DNA from: Gemmatimonadota bacterium
GTDB lineage: Bacteria > Gemmatimonadota > Gemmatimonadetes > Palauibacterales > KS3-K002
Direction: 5' to 3'
Assembly (NCBI GenBank): GCA_039586795.1
Contig: JBDHJS010000003.1
Location: 1-64,000 of the forward strand
Length of the DNA stretch: 64,000 nucleotides
The notes beneath the pieces were generated by a model that saw nothing but the letters and a program-made list of their open reading frames with translations, ran no database searches and was not told the origin of the DNA. Below are positions 36,822 to 47,600 of the stretch, piece by piece. The position numbers were made by a program, and so were the translations under genes. Every line of letters begins with the position of its first letter. Position 1 is the first letter of the stretch.

Positions 36822-38618
36822 ATGATGAAACTCAAGCCAGCCGTCGTGTTCTCTTTGCTGCTGTTTGCTGGGTACATCTTGTCCGGTTGCGACACCGACA
36901 TGCAGCACGAGGTCGAGGATTACATCTCACGATACAACGAGCGGATGCAGGGTTTGTACTACGAGTCATCCAAGGCGGAGTGGGCATCGAACACTCATAT
37001 CGTCGAGGGTGACACGACCAACGCCGCGCGAACGCGTGCCGCCAACGAAGCATTGGCAGAGTTCGTCGGCAGTCCAGAGAACATCGAACGCATCCGGCAC
37101 TTCCTCGACAATCGGGACCGGCTGACCGAGCTCGAGGTACGCCAGCTCGAGGTAATGCTGTTTGCGGCGGCAAACCAACCGGGTACCGAGCCGGAGCTGG
37201 TCGCGAATCGTATCGCGGCGGAGACCAGACAAGTTGAGACGCTGTTCGGTTTCGATTTCAAGCTGGACGGTCGATCCATAACGCCAAACGAAATCGACGG
37301 GCTTCTGCGAAGTAGCGATGACCTGCGCGAGCGCCTGGCCGTTTGGGAGTCTTCGAAGGAGGTTGGCCCGGTACTCAAACCGGGGATCATCGAGCTTCAA
37401 CGGTTGCGGAACGAGACGGTTCGAGCCCTGGGCTACTCCGATTTCTTCGCTTATCAGGTATCCGAATACGGAATGAGCAGCGAAGAGATGCTGGAGATGA
37501 CGGGCACGCTGATAGAGCAGCTTCAGCCCTTATATCGAGAGTTGCACACCTGGGCGCGCTACGAGCTGGCGGAACGCTACGGCGAGCCGGTACCGGACAT
37601 GATACCCGCCCATTGGCTGCCCAACCGGTGGGCTCAGGACTGGACGGCACTGGTGAGCGTGGAGGGCCTCGACCTGGACGCCTCGTTGAGTGAGAAGTCG
37701 CCCGAGTGGATCGTCGAGCAAGGCGAGCAATTCTATGTCAGCCTGGGCTTCGATGAGCTGCCGGGCAGTTTTTACGAGCTGTCATCTCTGTACCCGTTGG
37801 AACCGGGAGCTGACTATAAGAAGAACACCCACGCGTCGGCATGGCACATGGACCTAGACACCGACGTGCGCTCGCTGATGAGCGTGGAGACGAACTCGTA
37901 CTGGTGGGAAACCGTCCTGCACGAGCTTGGACACGTCTACTACTTCATGAGCTACACGAATCCCGATGTGCCGCTGGTCCTACGCGAAGGCGCCAATCGC
38001 GCCTACCACGAAGGGATCGGCAGCCTCATCGGGCTCGCCTCGATGCAACGCAGCTTCCTGGTAAATCGTGGGCTTGTGGAGGCTGACGTGGAGGTCGATC
38101 AGGTCGCCCAACTGCTGCAGGAGGCACTCAACTACGTAGTGTTCATCCCGTTCTCCGCCGGCGTGATGACGCGGTTCGAGCACGCGCTGTACGCCGAGGA
38201 GCTACCCGCCGATCAACTCAACGCCCGGTGGTGGGACCTGGTGGCGGAGTATCAGGGCGTCGTGCCGCCCAATCCACGTGGCGAAGATCATGCAGACGGG
38301 CTAACGAAGACACATATCAATGACGATGCGGGTCAGTACTATGACTACGCATTGGCGAACGCGCTGCTGTTCCAATTGCACGATCACATCGCGAGGGAAC
38401 TCCTCGAACAGGACCCTTACGACACGGACTATTGGGGCTCCAGAGAAGTCGGCGAGTTCCTCCACGAACTGATGGCGCCAGGCGCGAGCCGGCCATGGCG
38501 CGAGGTGCTACAGCAAACGACCGGTCGCGAACTCGATGCTCAGGCGATGGTGGAGTACTTCCAGCCGTTATACGAATGGCTGGTAGAACAGAATCGCGGG
38601 CGGCGGCACAGCATATAA
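36822..38618 (+). CDS. M2 family metallopeptidase (peptidyl-dipeptidase A/ACE-like) lipoprotein
   Basis: Lipobox LSGC, IPAHWL, HASAW, HELGH (HExxH) and REGAN..YHEGIG. Confidence 0.9.
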   Translation: MMKLKPAVVFSLLLFAGYILSGCDTDMQHEVEDYISRYNERMQGLYYESSKAEWASNTHIVEGDTTNAARTRAANEALAEFVGSPENIERIRHFLDNRDRLTELEVRQLEVMLFAAANQPGTEPELVANRIAAETRQVETLFGFDFKLDGRSITPNEIDGLLRSSDDLRERLAVWESSKEVGPVLKPGIIELQRLRNETVRALGYSDFFAYQVSEYGMSSEEMLEMTGTLIEQLQPLYRELHTWARYELAERYGEPVPDMIPAHWLPNRWAQDWTALVSVEGLDLDASLSEKSPEWIVEQGEQFYVSLGFDELPGSFYELSSLYPLEPGADYKKNTHASAWHMDLDTDVRSLMSVETNSYWWETVLHELGHVYYFMSYTNPDVPLVLREGANRAYHEGIGSLIGLASMQRSFLVNRGLVEADVEVDQVAQLLQEALNYVVFIPFSAGVMTRFEHALYAEELPADQLNARWWDLVAEYQGVVPPNPRGEDHADGLTKTHINDDAGQYYDYALANALLFQLHDHIARELLEQDPYDTDYWGSREVGEFLHELMAPGASRPWREVLQQTTGRELDAQAMVEYFQPLYEWLVEQNRGRRHSI

Positions 38619-38712
38619 CTCTCTACATCAAACGATCGCGCAACGCCGCGCTTGCCAATCCTGCCGCCAGTCCTGACCTTAGTGTCAGTTCCCACCGGCA
38701 GGAGGTGGCACC

Positions 38713-40476
38713 ATGTTCCCACAGCGGATCCCACGGGTTCTGGCATTATCAGGAATAGTTCTTCTCGCATCGCTCGCCTGCAACGGCGATGACGGTACCG
38801 GACCACCGACAGTCGTCACCGTCGATTTGAGGCCCGACTCCGCCCAGGTGCAAGCCGGAGCGACCTTCCAGTTCACGGCAACGGCGCTTAACAGCGTGGG
38901 CGACCCGATACAGGGCGTCACCTTCACCTGGACGACGGGAGACCCGAGCTTAGCCACCGTGGACGACAACGGACTCGCTACCGGCGTAGTCATGGGCGTA
39001 ACCAGCGTGCGAGCAACGGCGAGCGGCGTGTTCGACGCGAGTGTGCTGTCGGTAGTTCCGAACGCGAACCGCGACCTTCCGGACGACAACTTCCTGGACA
39101 ACAACGGAGACGGCATCGACGGCGAGATAGCCCGAGCGATCTTCGTCGCGCCAGCCGGATCGGACGCCAACCCGGGCACGATGGAACAGCCGAAGCGATC
39201 GATCACGAGCGCGATTGCCGCGGTTGTCGCGGACGGCACCAAGAGCGAGGTCTACGTTGCCGCGGGGACGTACAGCGAGACCATCGAACTGGTGGAAGGC
39301 GTGTCGATCTATGGCGGCTACAGCGCGACAAGTTGGAGCCGGTCATTCACCAACGTGGCGACGATAGAAGGCGATACGATCGCCATGTCCGGGACATCGA
39401 TCACGCAGGCTATGGTCATCGACCTGTTGACCGTGGAGTCGGCAGACAACACTACAGGGGCCGGCAACTCGACGGGCATCTATCTGGCGGACTCGGAAGG
39501 AATATCGCTGCGCAACCTGACGATCGTGGCAGGGAATGGCGGCAACGGTTCGGCGGGAACGAACGGTTTGCAAGGCAGACTGGGGAATGACGGCGCACCT
39601 GGCGCGATAACCGCGGGAGGCGCCGGCGGCGACACCGTGATGGTCGGGGGGATCGCGAGCGGTAAGGGCGGCGACGGCGGGAACGGCGCGGCGACGATCA
39701 CGCTGGCCGGAGGCAACGGCGGCGACGGGCTGCCACAGCCGGGCGGCGGCATGGGCGGCAACGGCGGACCGGTACCCGACCCCAACCCGGATAACTGCGG
39801 GATCGACGGTTTCGGCGGAGATCTCGGCACGGCGGGCGCGGGCGGATTGGACGGGTCGCCAGGCGCCGGCGGCGACGGTCAGGGCACCGTTCTGGGCGGC
39901 TACTGGCTGGGAAGCCGGGGCGACGATGGTACAGTGGGGACGCCGGGCTTCGGCGGCGGCGCCGGTGGCGGTGGTTCGGCGGGTCGCGAACCCACCTGCC
40001 AGGCCATCCCGGGCGGTGGTGGCGGCGGTGGCGGTAGCGGCGGCCAGGTCGGCGACGAGGGCGGCGGCGGTGGCGGCGGCGGCGGTTCGTTCGGCGTGTT
40101 CGCCTTCAACTCCAGCGTGACCATCGAGAACAGCACGATCACCGCAGGCGACGGCGGCACGGGTGGCGCCGGCGGCACCGGCGGCCCGGGCGGCCCAGGT
40201 GGAGCGGGCGGTATCGGTTCGAACGGCGACGTGGGTCAGGCCGGGATGGTCGGCGGGCGCGGCGGCGATGGCGGCGCGGGCGGAGCCGGAGGCGATGGTG
40301 GCGTAGGCGGTGGTGGCGGTGGCGGTATCTCTTACGCGGTGTATTCGACGGGCACGAGCGGCGTGACCCTCGATGCGCAGACGACGCTCACCGCCGGCAC
40401 CGGCGGAGCAGGCGGAGCGGCGCCTGGCACGGGCAACGACGGAGCTCAGGGCGACAGCGGCGAGAAGAACTTCTAG
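38713..40476 (+). CDS. Glycine-rich surface lipoprotein with Ig-like (Big_2) and beta-helix/DUF1565-like domains
   Basis: Lipobox LAC, an Ig-like WTTGDPSLATVDDNGL segment, IFVAP.GSDANPGT, VYVAAGTY.E, and a long GGxGG-rich C-terminal half. RBS GGAGG. Confidence 0.78.
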   Translation: MFPQRIPRVLALSGIVLLASLACNGDDGTGPPTVVTVDLRPDSAQVQAGATFQFTATALNSVGDPIQGVTFTWTTGDPSLATVDDNGLATGVVMGVTSVRATASGVFDASVLSVVPNANRDLPDDNFLDNNGDGIDGEIARAIFVAPAGSDANPGTMEQPKRSITSAIAAVVADGTKSEVYVAAGTYSETIELVEGVSIYGGYSATSWSRSFTNVATIEGDTIAMSGTSITQAMVIDLLTVESADNTTGAGNSTGIYLADSEGISLRNLTIVAGNGGNGSAGTNGLQGRLGNDGAPGAITAGGAGGDTVMVGGIASGKGGDGGNGAATITLAGGNGGDGLPQPGGGMGGNGGPVPDPNPDNCGIDGFGGDLGTAGAGGLDGSPGAGGDGQGTVLGGYWLGSRGDDGTVGTPGFGGGAGGGGSAGREPTCQAIPGGGGGGGGSGGQVGDEGGGGGGGGGSFGVFAFNSSVTIENSTITAGDGGTGGAGGTGGPGGPGGAGGIGSNGDVGQAGMVGGRGGDGGAGGAGGDGGVGGGGGGGISYAVYSTGTSGVTLDAQTTLTAGTGGAGGAAPGTGNDGAQGDSGEKNF

Positions 40477-40515
40477 ATGAAAGCGAGCTCACGGTGAGCC
40501 GTAGGCGATCACACA

Positions 40516-43107
40516 TCAGTGGTTGACCTGAGTCGTATCGCGCCGCTGTTGGAGGAGGCGATTGAGGAGATCGCCCCCCTGACCCTGGAGGAGTCGACCC
40601 ACCTGAGCTTGAAGCGCCTGCTGATCGACGAGCAGCGCCGGACTGGACATGGTACCGCCGATGGCGACGCTGACATCCAGCGCCTCGTCCGTTCCGGCAA
40701 GCTGACCCAGGAGAGCGGCGAACGGGGTGCCCTGCCCGAGACCGGCCGCGTGCAATGTCGCGATCGGCACCTCGAGCTCGAGCGCTAAGTCGAGGGAGCC
40801 GCCCAGACCCGCCGCGCCGACGATGGTCCCGGTGTAGTCACCCGAGATGACCTCCCAGTCCTGCACCAGGAAGTTGCCGTCCCTGATCTCGAACCGGCCA
40901 CCGAAGTCGCGGAAGTCGGCGAGCTGGCTGGTGTCGATCCTCAGCTGACGCGCCAGGGCGTCGGTGAGGGCGAACTGTTCGAATCGGCCCTGTCGAAACG
41001 CGATGTCGCCAACGGCGCGAACCCCATCGGGTGACGGAAGCATGGTGCCGTCGATGATCACGCGCCCGTTCATCTCGAGGTCGAGGCGTCCGCTGATCGG
41101 TGCGCCGAGCCGCGTCCACCTGCGGAGAACGCCCGCCGCGTTGGCGTCCTGGAGACCGAGGTCGTAGGTGAGGGGGAAAGGCGGAGCCCCGTCGCTGAAA
41201 TCGAGACCCAGTCTACCGGAGAGCGTTCCGCCGTATGCTCGTCCCCGCAGGTCGGAAAGAGACAGCACGCCATTCTGGACTTGGAGCTGGAACGCCAGGT
41301 CGTTCACCCGGTTAGGTGGGTTGATGAACGCGGCGATGCGAACATCGCCCCGGGAGTTGATCGGCGGAATTGGCGGAAGCAGCATCGTCGTGCCCGCTAC
41401 CTCTACCGGGTCGCGCCCATCGATCTGGCCGCCGGAGAGTCGCGCCGAGACCAGATCGCCGTAGCCGACGGCTTCGCTTTCGACCGACAGCTCGCTCATG
41501 TCCAGCTTGCTTGATGTCAGCGTGAACTCCACGGTGGGTAGCGAGCCGATTTCGCCGCCGCTGAGCAAGTAGGGCAACGATCCGGGCGCATCGAATGCGA
41601 GAGTGAGGTCGCTGGTTCCGAACTGGACAGGTACTGCCTCGGTAACGATGCCGTTTCCGGTCAGCTGGATCGTCGCTGAGCTCACGACCGCAGGTACGGC
41701 GAGGGATTCGCTTCGATAGACGACATCACGCAGCTCGATCGGTCCCGTGACTCGAACGGCGCCCAACTGCTTCGTTGGACCCTGGAATGTGAGATCGACG
41801 GCCGCCTCACCAACCAGAGGTACCTCGAACTCGAGGAGCGCGGCGAGCTGGGCCAGGTCGAGCACCCCCGTTACCTGACCTTCGGCCTGCACATCATCGA
41901 AATCACGGAGCGCCAACCGCAGGCGAAATGGGCGGCCCATGGACTGCCCTTCGAAGTCGGAAAGGGTAAGGGCACCCGGATCGAATGTCAGTTCGCCGGA
42001 GCCGCCGGTGACAACCTGGCCGTACTCACCATACGTCACATCGATCTCGCGCAGCGACATCATGCCGTTGACCTGAGCGCCCGCTGAAGCGGCTACGCTC
42101 GACAACGAGAGCGACAGCTGAGCGATTCCTGACGCATCGATGTCCCCGAGCCGCGCCCGAAGCGAATCAGGCAGACTGGAGATCAGATTTGCGACATCGA
42201 CATCCTCGGCGAACAGGTCGAGCTCGAGTTCTCTCTCGTCGAATGGATGGTAGACCGCTCCCGCTCCTTTGAGCGGCAGATCGCCCACGGTCAGACGCAG
42301 ATCGCGAACGGTCACGCTGTCGCCCGGCAGATCAGCGAACACCTCGTAATCGACCTTTGTGTCCGCCAGCCTGACGCTGTCCTGACCGAGCTCCGGTGAA
42401 CGCAACGCGATCGAGCTGAGATCGATCGTGCCGCGGCTTTCCATCGTGTTGTCGCCGACCGTGGCACGGTCGATAGACGCGCGAGCCTGGAGAGCCATGC
42501 TCGCGCTTCGACCACTGCTATGATCGGAGTAGTGCAACGCCCCATCATCGATTCGCAGATCGGACACGAAGAACGCGGAAGTGAGCCCGGACTCCTGGAG
42601 AAGGAACAGGCCAGCCACGGCGAAGCTGGTCAGCGATGCGGGAATCGCCCTGGCTTCGAGCGGGTCCGCCGGTCCGAGCCCCTGGAAGTTGCTGCTGCCA
42701 TCTTCGAGTACGACGTAGCGGATGATCGGCCGCACCATTCGAACCTGTCCGAACTCGAATTCCCTGCGGAGGAGTGGCCAGAAACGGAGGTCGAGCTCGA
42801 GCGCGTCGAGCTCTATCATCGGCTCACTCTCGAACCCGGGCGGGTTGGCGATGGACAGCTGGTCGAGGCGAACCGCGATCCGCGGTAAGATCTGCAGCCT
42901 GACGGAAGCCAGCTCAACGTCGCGCCCCACACGCCTCTCGATCTGCGGCACGACCAGCGCCCGCAGCTTCTCGGGCGGAAACGCGAGCTTGAGGAATACG
43001 GCGCCGCCAACGATCAGGATTACCAACGCGCCGGCGGAAACAAGCAGCCAGCGCGGGAGGGCAAACCCGCGCACTCCGTGGAACGATCTGTATTCGTCTG
43101 AGCTCAT
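40516..43107 (-). CDS. AsmA family protein
   Basis: N-terminal TM, IERRVGRDV, IANPPGF...ELDLRFWPLL, beta-rich body and C-terminal IGGTMSSP. Confidence 0.8.
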   Translation of the reverse strand: MSSDEYRSFHGVRGFALPRWLLVSAGALVILIVGGAVFLKLAFPPEKLRALVVPQIERRVGRDVELASVRLQILPRIAVRLDQLSIANPPGFESEPMIELDALELDLRFWPLLRREFEFGQVRMVRPIIRYVVLEDGSSNFQGLGPADPLEARAIPASLTSFAVAGLFLLQESGLTSAFFVSDLRIDDGALHYSDHSSGRSASMALQARASIDRATVGDNTMESRGTIDLSSIALRSPELGQDSVRLADTKVDYEVFADLPGDSVTVRDLRLTVGDLPLKGAGAVYHPFDERELELDLFAEDVDVANLISSLPDSLRARLGDIDASGIAQLSLSLSSVAASAGAQVNGMMSLREIDVTYGEYGQVVTGGSGELTFDPGALTLSDFEGQSMGRPFRLRLALRDFDDVQAEGQVTGVLDLAQLAALLEFEVPLVGEAAVDLTFQGPTKQLGAVRVTGPIELRDVVYRSESLAVPAVVSSATIQLTGNGIVTEAVPVQFGTSDLTLAFDAPGSLPYLLSGGEIGSLPTVEFTLTSSKLDMSELSVESEAVGYGDLVSARLSGGQIDGRDPVEVAGTTMLLPPIPPINSRGDVRIAAFINPPNRVNDLAFQLQVQNGVLSLSDLRGRAYGGTLSGRLGLDFSDGAPPFPLTYDLGLQDANAAGVLRRWTRLGAPISGRLDLEMNGRVIIDGTMLPSPDGVRAVGDIAFRQGRFEQFALTDALARQLRIDTSQLADFRDFGGRFEIRDGNFLVQDWEVISGDYTGTIVGAAGLGGSLDLALELEVPIATLHAAGLGQGTPFAALLGQLAGTDEALDVSVAIGGTMSSPALLVDQQALQAQVGRLLQGQGGDLLNRLLQQRRDTTQVNH

Positions 43108-43116
43108 GGTCGTTAC

Positions 43117-43848
43117 TTACCCGCGATTCGCTTCTTGGTTTCCGTAGCCCTCGGCGTCCAGCGCCCGTTTCTTGGCTTGCGCAAGAACGGCATCGAACAT
43201 CGCAGGAGTCAACTTGCCGGTGAACGTGTTCTGTTGGCTGGGATGAAACGCCGCGATCAACCTCAAGCCGCTCTCCAGTTCGATATCAACGCCGTGGCCA
43301 AACTTCGGAGCGGGCGACGGCGTCGCTACACCTCGGCCACGCAACACACGCAGCACCTGATCAAACGCGTACTTGCCAAGAGCGAGCAAGACACGCGCTT
43401 GGGGCAACATGATATCGAACTCGTTCTCCAGATACTCACGGCAGTTGTCTCTCTCTTCTGTCGTCGGTTTGTTCGCCGGCGGTGCGCAGCGCACAGCCGC
43501 CGTGATGTAGGCGCCCTCGAGTATCAGGCCGTCGTCGCGGCTGGTCGATTCTGGTTGACTGGCTAGACCGGCTCTATGGAGTGCGGCGTAAAGGAAGTCG
43601 CCGGAACGGTCGCCGGTGAACATGCGACCGGTGCGGTTAGCGCCGTGAGCGGCAGGAGCGAGTCCTATAATAAAGAGCCATGCCTCCGGGTCCCCAAAGC
43701 CCGGCACTGGTTTGCCCCAGTACTCCCAGTCACGGAAGGCAGCTCGCTTCTCTATAGCGATCTGTTGGCGCCATTCGACGAGTCGGGGGCATCGCTTGCA
43801 GCGGGTGACTCGTCTCTGGAGTTTCTCGAGCTTGTCGTTTCGGGCCAT
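43117..43848 (-). CDS. Uracil-DNA glycosylase, family 5 (UdgB-like, 4Fe-4S)
   Basis: CKRCPRL, GLAPAAHGANRTGR.FTGD, RCAPP.NKP and HPSQQN. ATG at 43848 preferred. Confidence 0.92.
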   Translation of the reverse strand: MARNDKLEKLQRRVTRCKRCPRLVEWRQQIAIEKRAAFRDWEYWGKPVPGFGDPEAWLFIIGLAPAAHGANRTGRMFTGDRSGDFLYAALHRAGLASQPESTSRDDGLILEGAYITAAVRCAPPANKPTTEERDNCREYLENEFDIMLPQARVLLALGKYAFDQVLRVLRGRGVATPSPAPKFGHGVDIELESGLRLIAAFHPSQQNTFTGKLTPAMFDAVLAQAKKRALDAEGYGNQEANRG

Positions 43849-43966
43849 GGACGCTTCGTGAGAGAGTTGTCGGATCATCGGTTCGCCTGGTACTGACGTA
43901 CTGGCGGACGTTCTCCGTGTCAACGAGCCTTGCGCGATCGGCTCCATCGTGTGCTATTTCTGCGCC

Positions 43967-44449
43967 ATGATGCTCCTATCAAAGCCGCTAAAGATATCGC
44001 TGACGATATCAGCCGCCATGCTGGCAGTAATCGTGATCGTCGACCTGATCACGCCGGTACCACCGCGCGAACGGCTCCGCGCGATGCGGAACGAACTGGT
44101 GGAGCTGAGGGCGTCGGCCGACTCCTGCCGTACGGCGCTGGACAGGGAGGAAACCCTCCTGCAGGCGAGCGACGCGCGGTTCGATTCGCTACGCAACCTC
44201 ATAGCGCGTTACGAGGGGATCGACCCACGGGGCGTACCCGCCGACAGCTACGACCTCTATCTAGAGGCGTTCAACTCGTATAACGAAGGGATCCCGGCAC
44301 GCGAGGCAGCGGGCGAGACGCTGCAAGCCCACTGGGCCAACTGCACGGTGATCATCGAGCAGCACAACCTGCTGGCCGACTCTGCCCGTCAGCTGGCCGA
44401 GGAGAGCGGCCTGGTTACCGACTCGACCCGCCGGGTACCGGTGCCCTGA
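43967..44449 (+). CDS. Hypothetical membrane-anchored helical/coiled-coil protein
   Basis: N-terminal hydrophobic segment followed by an amphipathic helical region with two Cys. Confidence 0.65.
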   Translation: MMLLSKPLKISLTISAAMLAVIVIVDLITPVPPRERLRAMRNELVELRASADSCRTALDREETLLQASDARFDSLRNLIARYEGIDPRGVPADSYDLYLEAFNSYNEGIPAREAAGETLQAHWANCTVIIEQHNLLADSARQLAEESGLVTDSTRRVPVP

Positions 44450-44629
44450 CCTCCGCCCACAACCCGGCGACCCTAGCCGGGTGGCGACTCACTCCGCAGA
44501 TTGCAGTATGAGGCGCGTGCGTAGCGCCCTCACACATCAGCCGTAATCACCTAGCCTCAACCGGCCCAGCCCGCTCTGCAGTCGCTCGGCGGGCACGAAG
44601 TGCCTCTGACGAACACGAGTCAAGAAGAC

Positions 44630-47600
44630 ATGAGCGCGAAACTGTGGGATGTGATCATCGTTGGCGGCGGCCCAGCCGGAATCACCGCCGCGCTCAGGCT
44701 AGCCCGAGAGGACCTGGATATCCTGGTCGTCGAAGCCGCGGTCTACCCCGGAGCCGAGAACTGGTCTGGAGCGGTGTATTTCGCCGAAAACCTGGCCGAC
44801 CCTAAGGTCCTCGGAGTGGATGGGCTGGAAGCGGCCCCGTACGAAGGGCGCGTGGTCAAGCGCGGGTTTTTCTCGTGCAACGGTCTGTCGATGGCCGGGC
44901 TGGAGTATGAAAACCCGGAGACATTCAAGCACTGCTATACCGTGCTGCGGCCGGTCTACGATCGCTACCTGGCCGAGGTGGCACGTCGGGAAGGCGTCAC
45001 GTTTTTGACCGAGACGACCGTCGACGGCCTGATCCGACGGAACGACCGCGTTGTTGGCGTGCATACGGATCGCGGTCCGGTCTACGGCCAGATCGTCTTT
45101 TTGGCTGAGGGAGATGCGTCACACCTGGTGAGCAAGGAAGGCTTCGAGGGTGACGCGGTCCGCGCGAAGAAGAACGGCCAACCGGCGTTCTTGCAGGGTG
45201 TGAAGGAAGTCATCCAGCTAGAGCCGGAAGTCATCGAGGATCGGTTCGGAGTAGGGCCCGGCGAAGCGTGCTGCTACGAGATCTTGCTGAGGAACGGTGT
45301 CGTCGACGGAAAGCCAGTCCGCCTGAACATGGCGGGTCTCCTGTACACGAATCGAAACAGCGTGTCGATCGGGCTCGTGATGCCTCTGGACAACCTCGCC
45401 GAGTATCGCGGGGACTACAACGCATTGATGGAGTGGTATAAGAGCCTTCCACCGATCGCGCGCCTCATCGAAGGCGGCGAGGCCACCTCGTTCGGGGCGA
45501 AGATCATCCGCAGTGGCGGCCTGGCCGAGATGCCGCGGCTGGTCGCCGATGGCGTCGTGGTGGGCGGAGCGGCAACGGGGATCGGCGTTGACTTTCCGTA
45601 TCCGAACTTCACGGGCCCGGCCACGGCGATGGGCCGGATCTTCGCCGATGCCGTATTGAAGCTCCAGTCAGAGGGTGCGGAGCCACGGAGCGGGCAGTTG
45701 GAAGAACTGTACGTCCAGCCCTTGAAGGAAACGAGCTACTACAAGGATGTCGACTACCTCCGCGATTGGCCCGGCTTCATCGAGCACACCGATGCGCTAT
45801 TCAGCCGCCAGATCGACCTGCTGAACGGTTCGTCCTACGCAATGACTCGACCGACCCTCCGCTTTCCACACAGCTGGTGGGAGACGGTGCGGGTGGTGAG
45901 CGAGACGATGAAGGGCCGCTGGTCGAAGACACTGAAGGACCTTGCGGGTGGGTCGAAGGCGCTGCGCATGGGCCGATTGATCGCCAAGCACATGCCGGCG
46001 GCCCTGCTGCTGTCGGTCCCCAACACGCTCCTGGCGTTGATGCCGTTCGCTTATGGCAAGGGGCCAGGCAAGATCAGCCTGAGTTTCTGGGTGGACGGCG
46101 AGGAGTCGAGAACCCTCCCCTGGTACAAGCGCTGGTCGTACGCCCGGTATCGGTCGGCCCTGATGAAGGCAACAGCGATCGTCTACGCGAACGACGGTGT
46201 CCCGATCCGGACGAAGCTGGATCGCGCGATTGGCACTCTGCTGCGGCGCTTCTCGCTATGGGAAATCGTGCTCGGCGTACTCGGGGTCGCCGTATTCTGG
46301 CTAACGCGCGGCCTACAGAAGCTTAGCGACGCGATACGCTATTCCCGTAAGAAGCCGACGATCGAAGAACTCACGGCGACCTTCTACGGCAGCTGGCTGA
46401 CGCGCTGGCGCGCGATGACCGACCTGGCGCGGGCGGCGTCGACGGGCCAGACGCATGATGCGAAGCTCGGCGAGATCAGCTATGGCGGCGATGTGGGCTC
46501 GCACATCAAGGTGTTCTTCCCACCGGACAAGCCCGGTACGCTCGAAGATCCAAGCCGGTCGGCGCTCTGGAGCGTGTGCCCGGCGTCCGTCTACCAGATC
46601 AACGTCGATCGCACAATGCACGCGTCGGTTGCCGTGAACTTCGAGAACTGCGTGAAGTGCGAGACGTGCTGGCGAATCGAACCACAGCACGTGGACTGGT
46701 CACGGTTCGGAAAGCATCGTCTGACCTATGAAGTGTACACGGACGCCGACGCCTCGCTGCGGCAGCTTTTATCCGAACGTGAATTGCGTGACACGCCTGA
46801 GATAGAGCCGAGCTTTTGGAGCGCCACGCTCACGGAAGCGTGGCCCGTCGGTCACGTCGAGGCGTCCGACGCGCTACGGAGCGACATCACGAACGCGCGA
46901 CGCGCCATCGACCGGGCTGCCGCGAAGTGCAGCGAACTGAGCGATAACATCTGGCTCGGCCCGAGGGTACTGGAGCCTGGCCAGGTCAGCTGGTACATCT
47001 CGGCTCTCGAGTACTTCGCGGTACTCGCCGATGAGGCTGCCAGCGTCGCCCTATCCGAACCGATCGAAGACTGGCTGATCGAGCACGAGTTGGCAGGCGC
47101 TCATCTGGAGCTTCTGCAAGCGAAGCGGGACCTGGATCTCGTCACGCGAGGGATCCGGGAGCATGCGGGCTCCCAGAAGTTCTTCGCCGGCGAGGCCGAC
47201 GCACGACAGGCCGCCGGTCATCATCTAGCGGGCATGCGAGAGATCATCGATCGCATCGCGCTGGCCTGCCGCATCCCCGACGACTACGTCGATCCCGTGG
47301 CGGAGCTACGGAATCAGGAGCAGGAATCACCGGCGCGCGCCGCGGCCCGTGAGGAACTGCGGGAGCATCTCGCGGCCATCTTCGATCGCGGCGCGATCCG
47401 GCGGTTGGAAGATGGTGGGTCACCGGAAGGAGCAGAGATCGAGGCTCTGCGCGAGTCGACGCGGGCGGCTTTGGGGGATGAAACGCAGGGCGCATTCGAC
47501 AGCTGGGCACCGCTCACGAGGAGCGACATCCTCGGCGAGCTATCCCGCATCGACCCATCGCTCGCCATCCTCGTGGCCGGTCACCTTGAGGGACTCGCGG

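Noticed and set aside
39900..40330. GGC-rich tandem repeats
   Set aside because: Explained by glycine codons of the 38713-40476 protein; not an independent DNA repeat.
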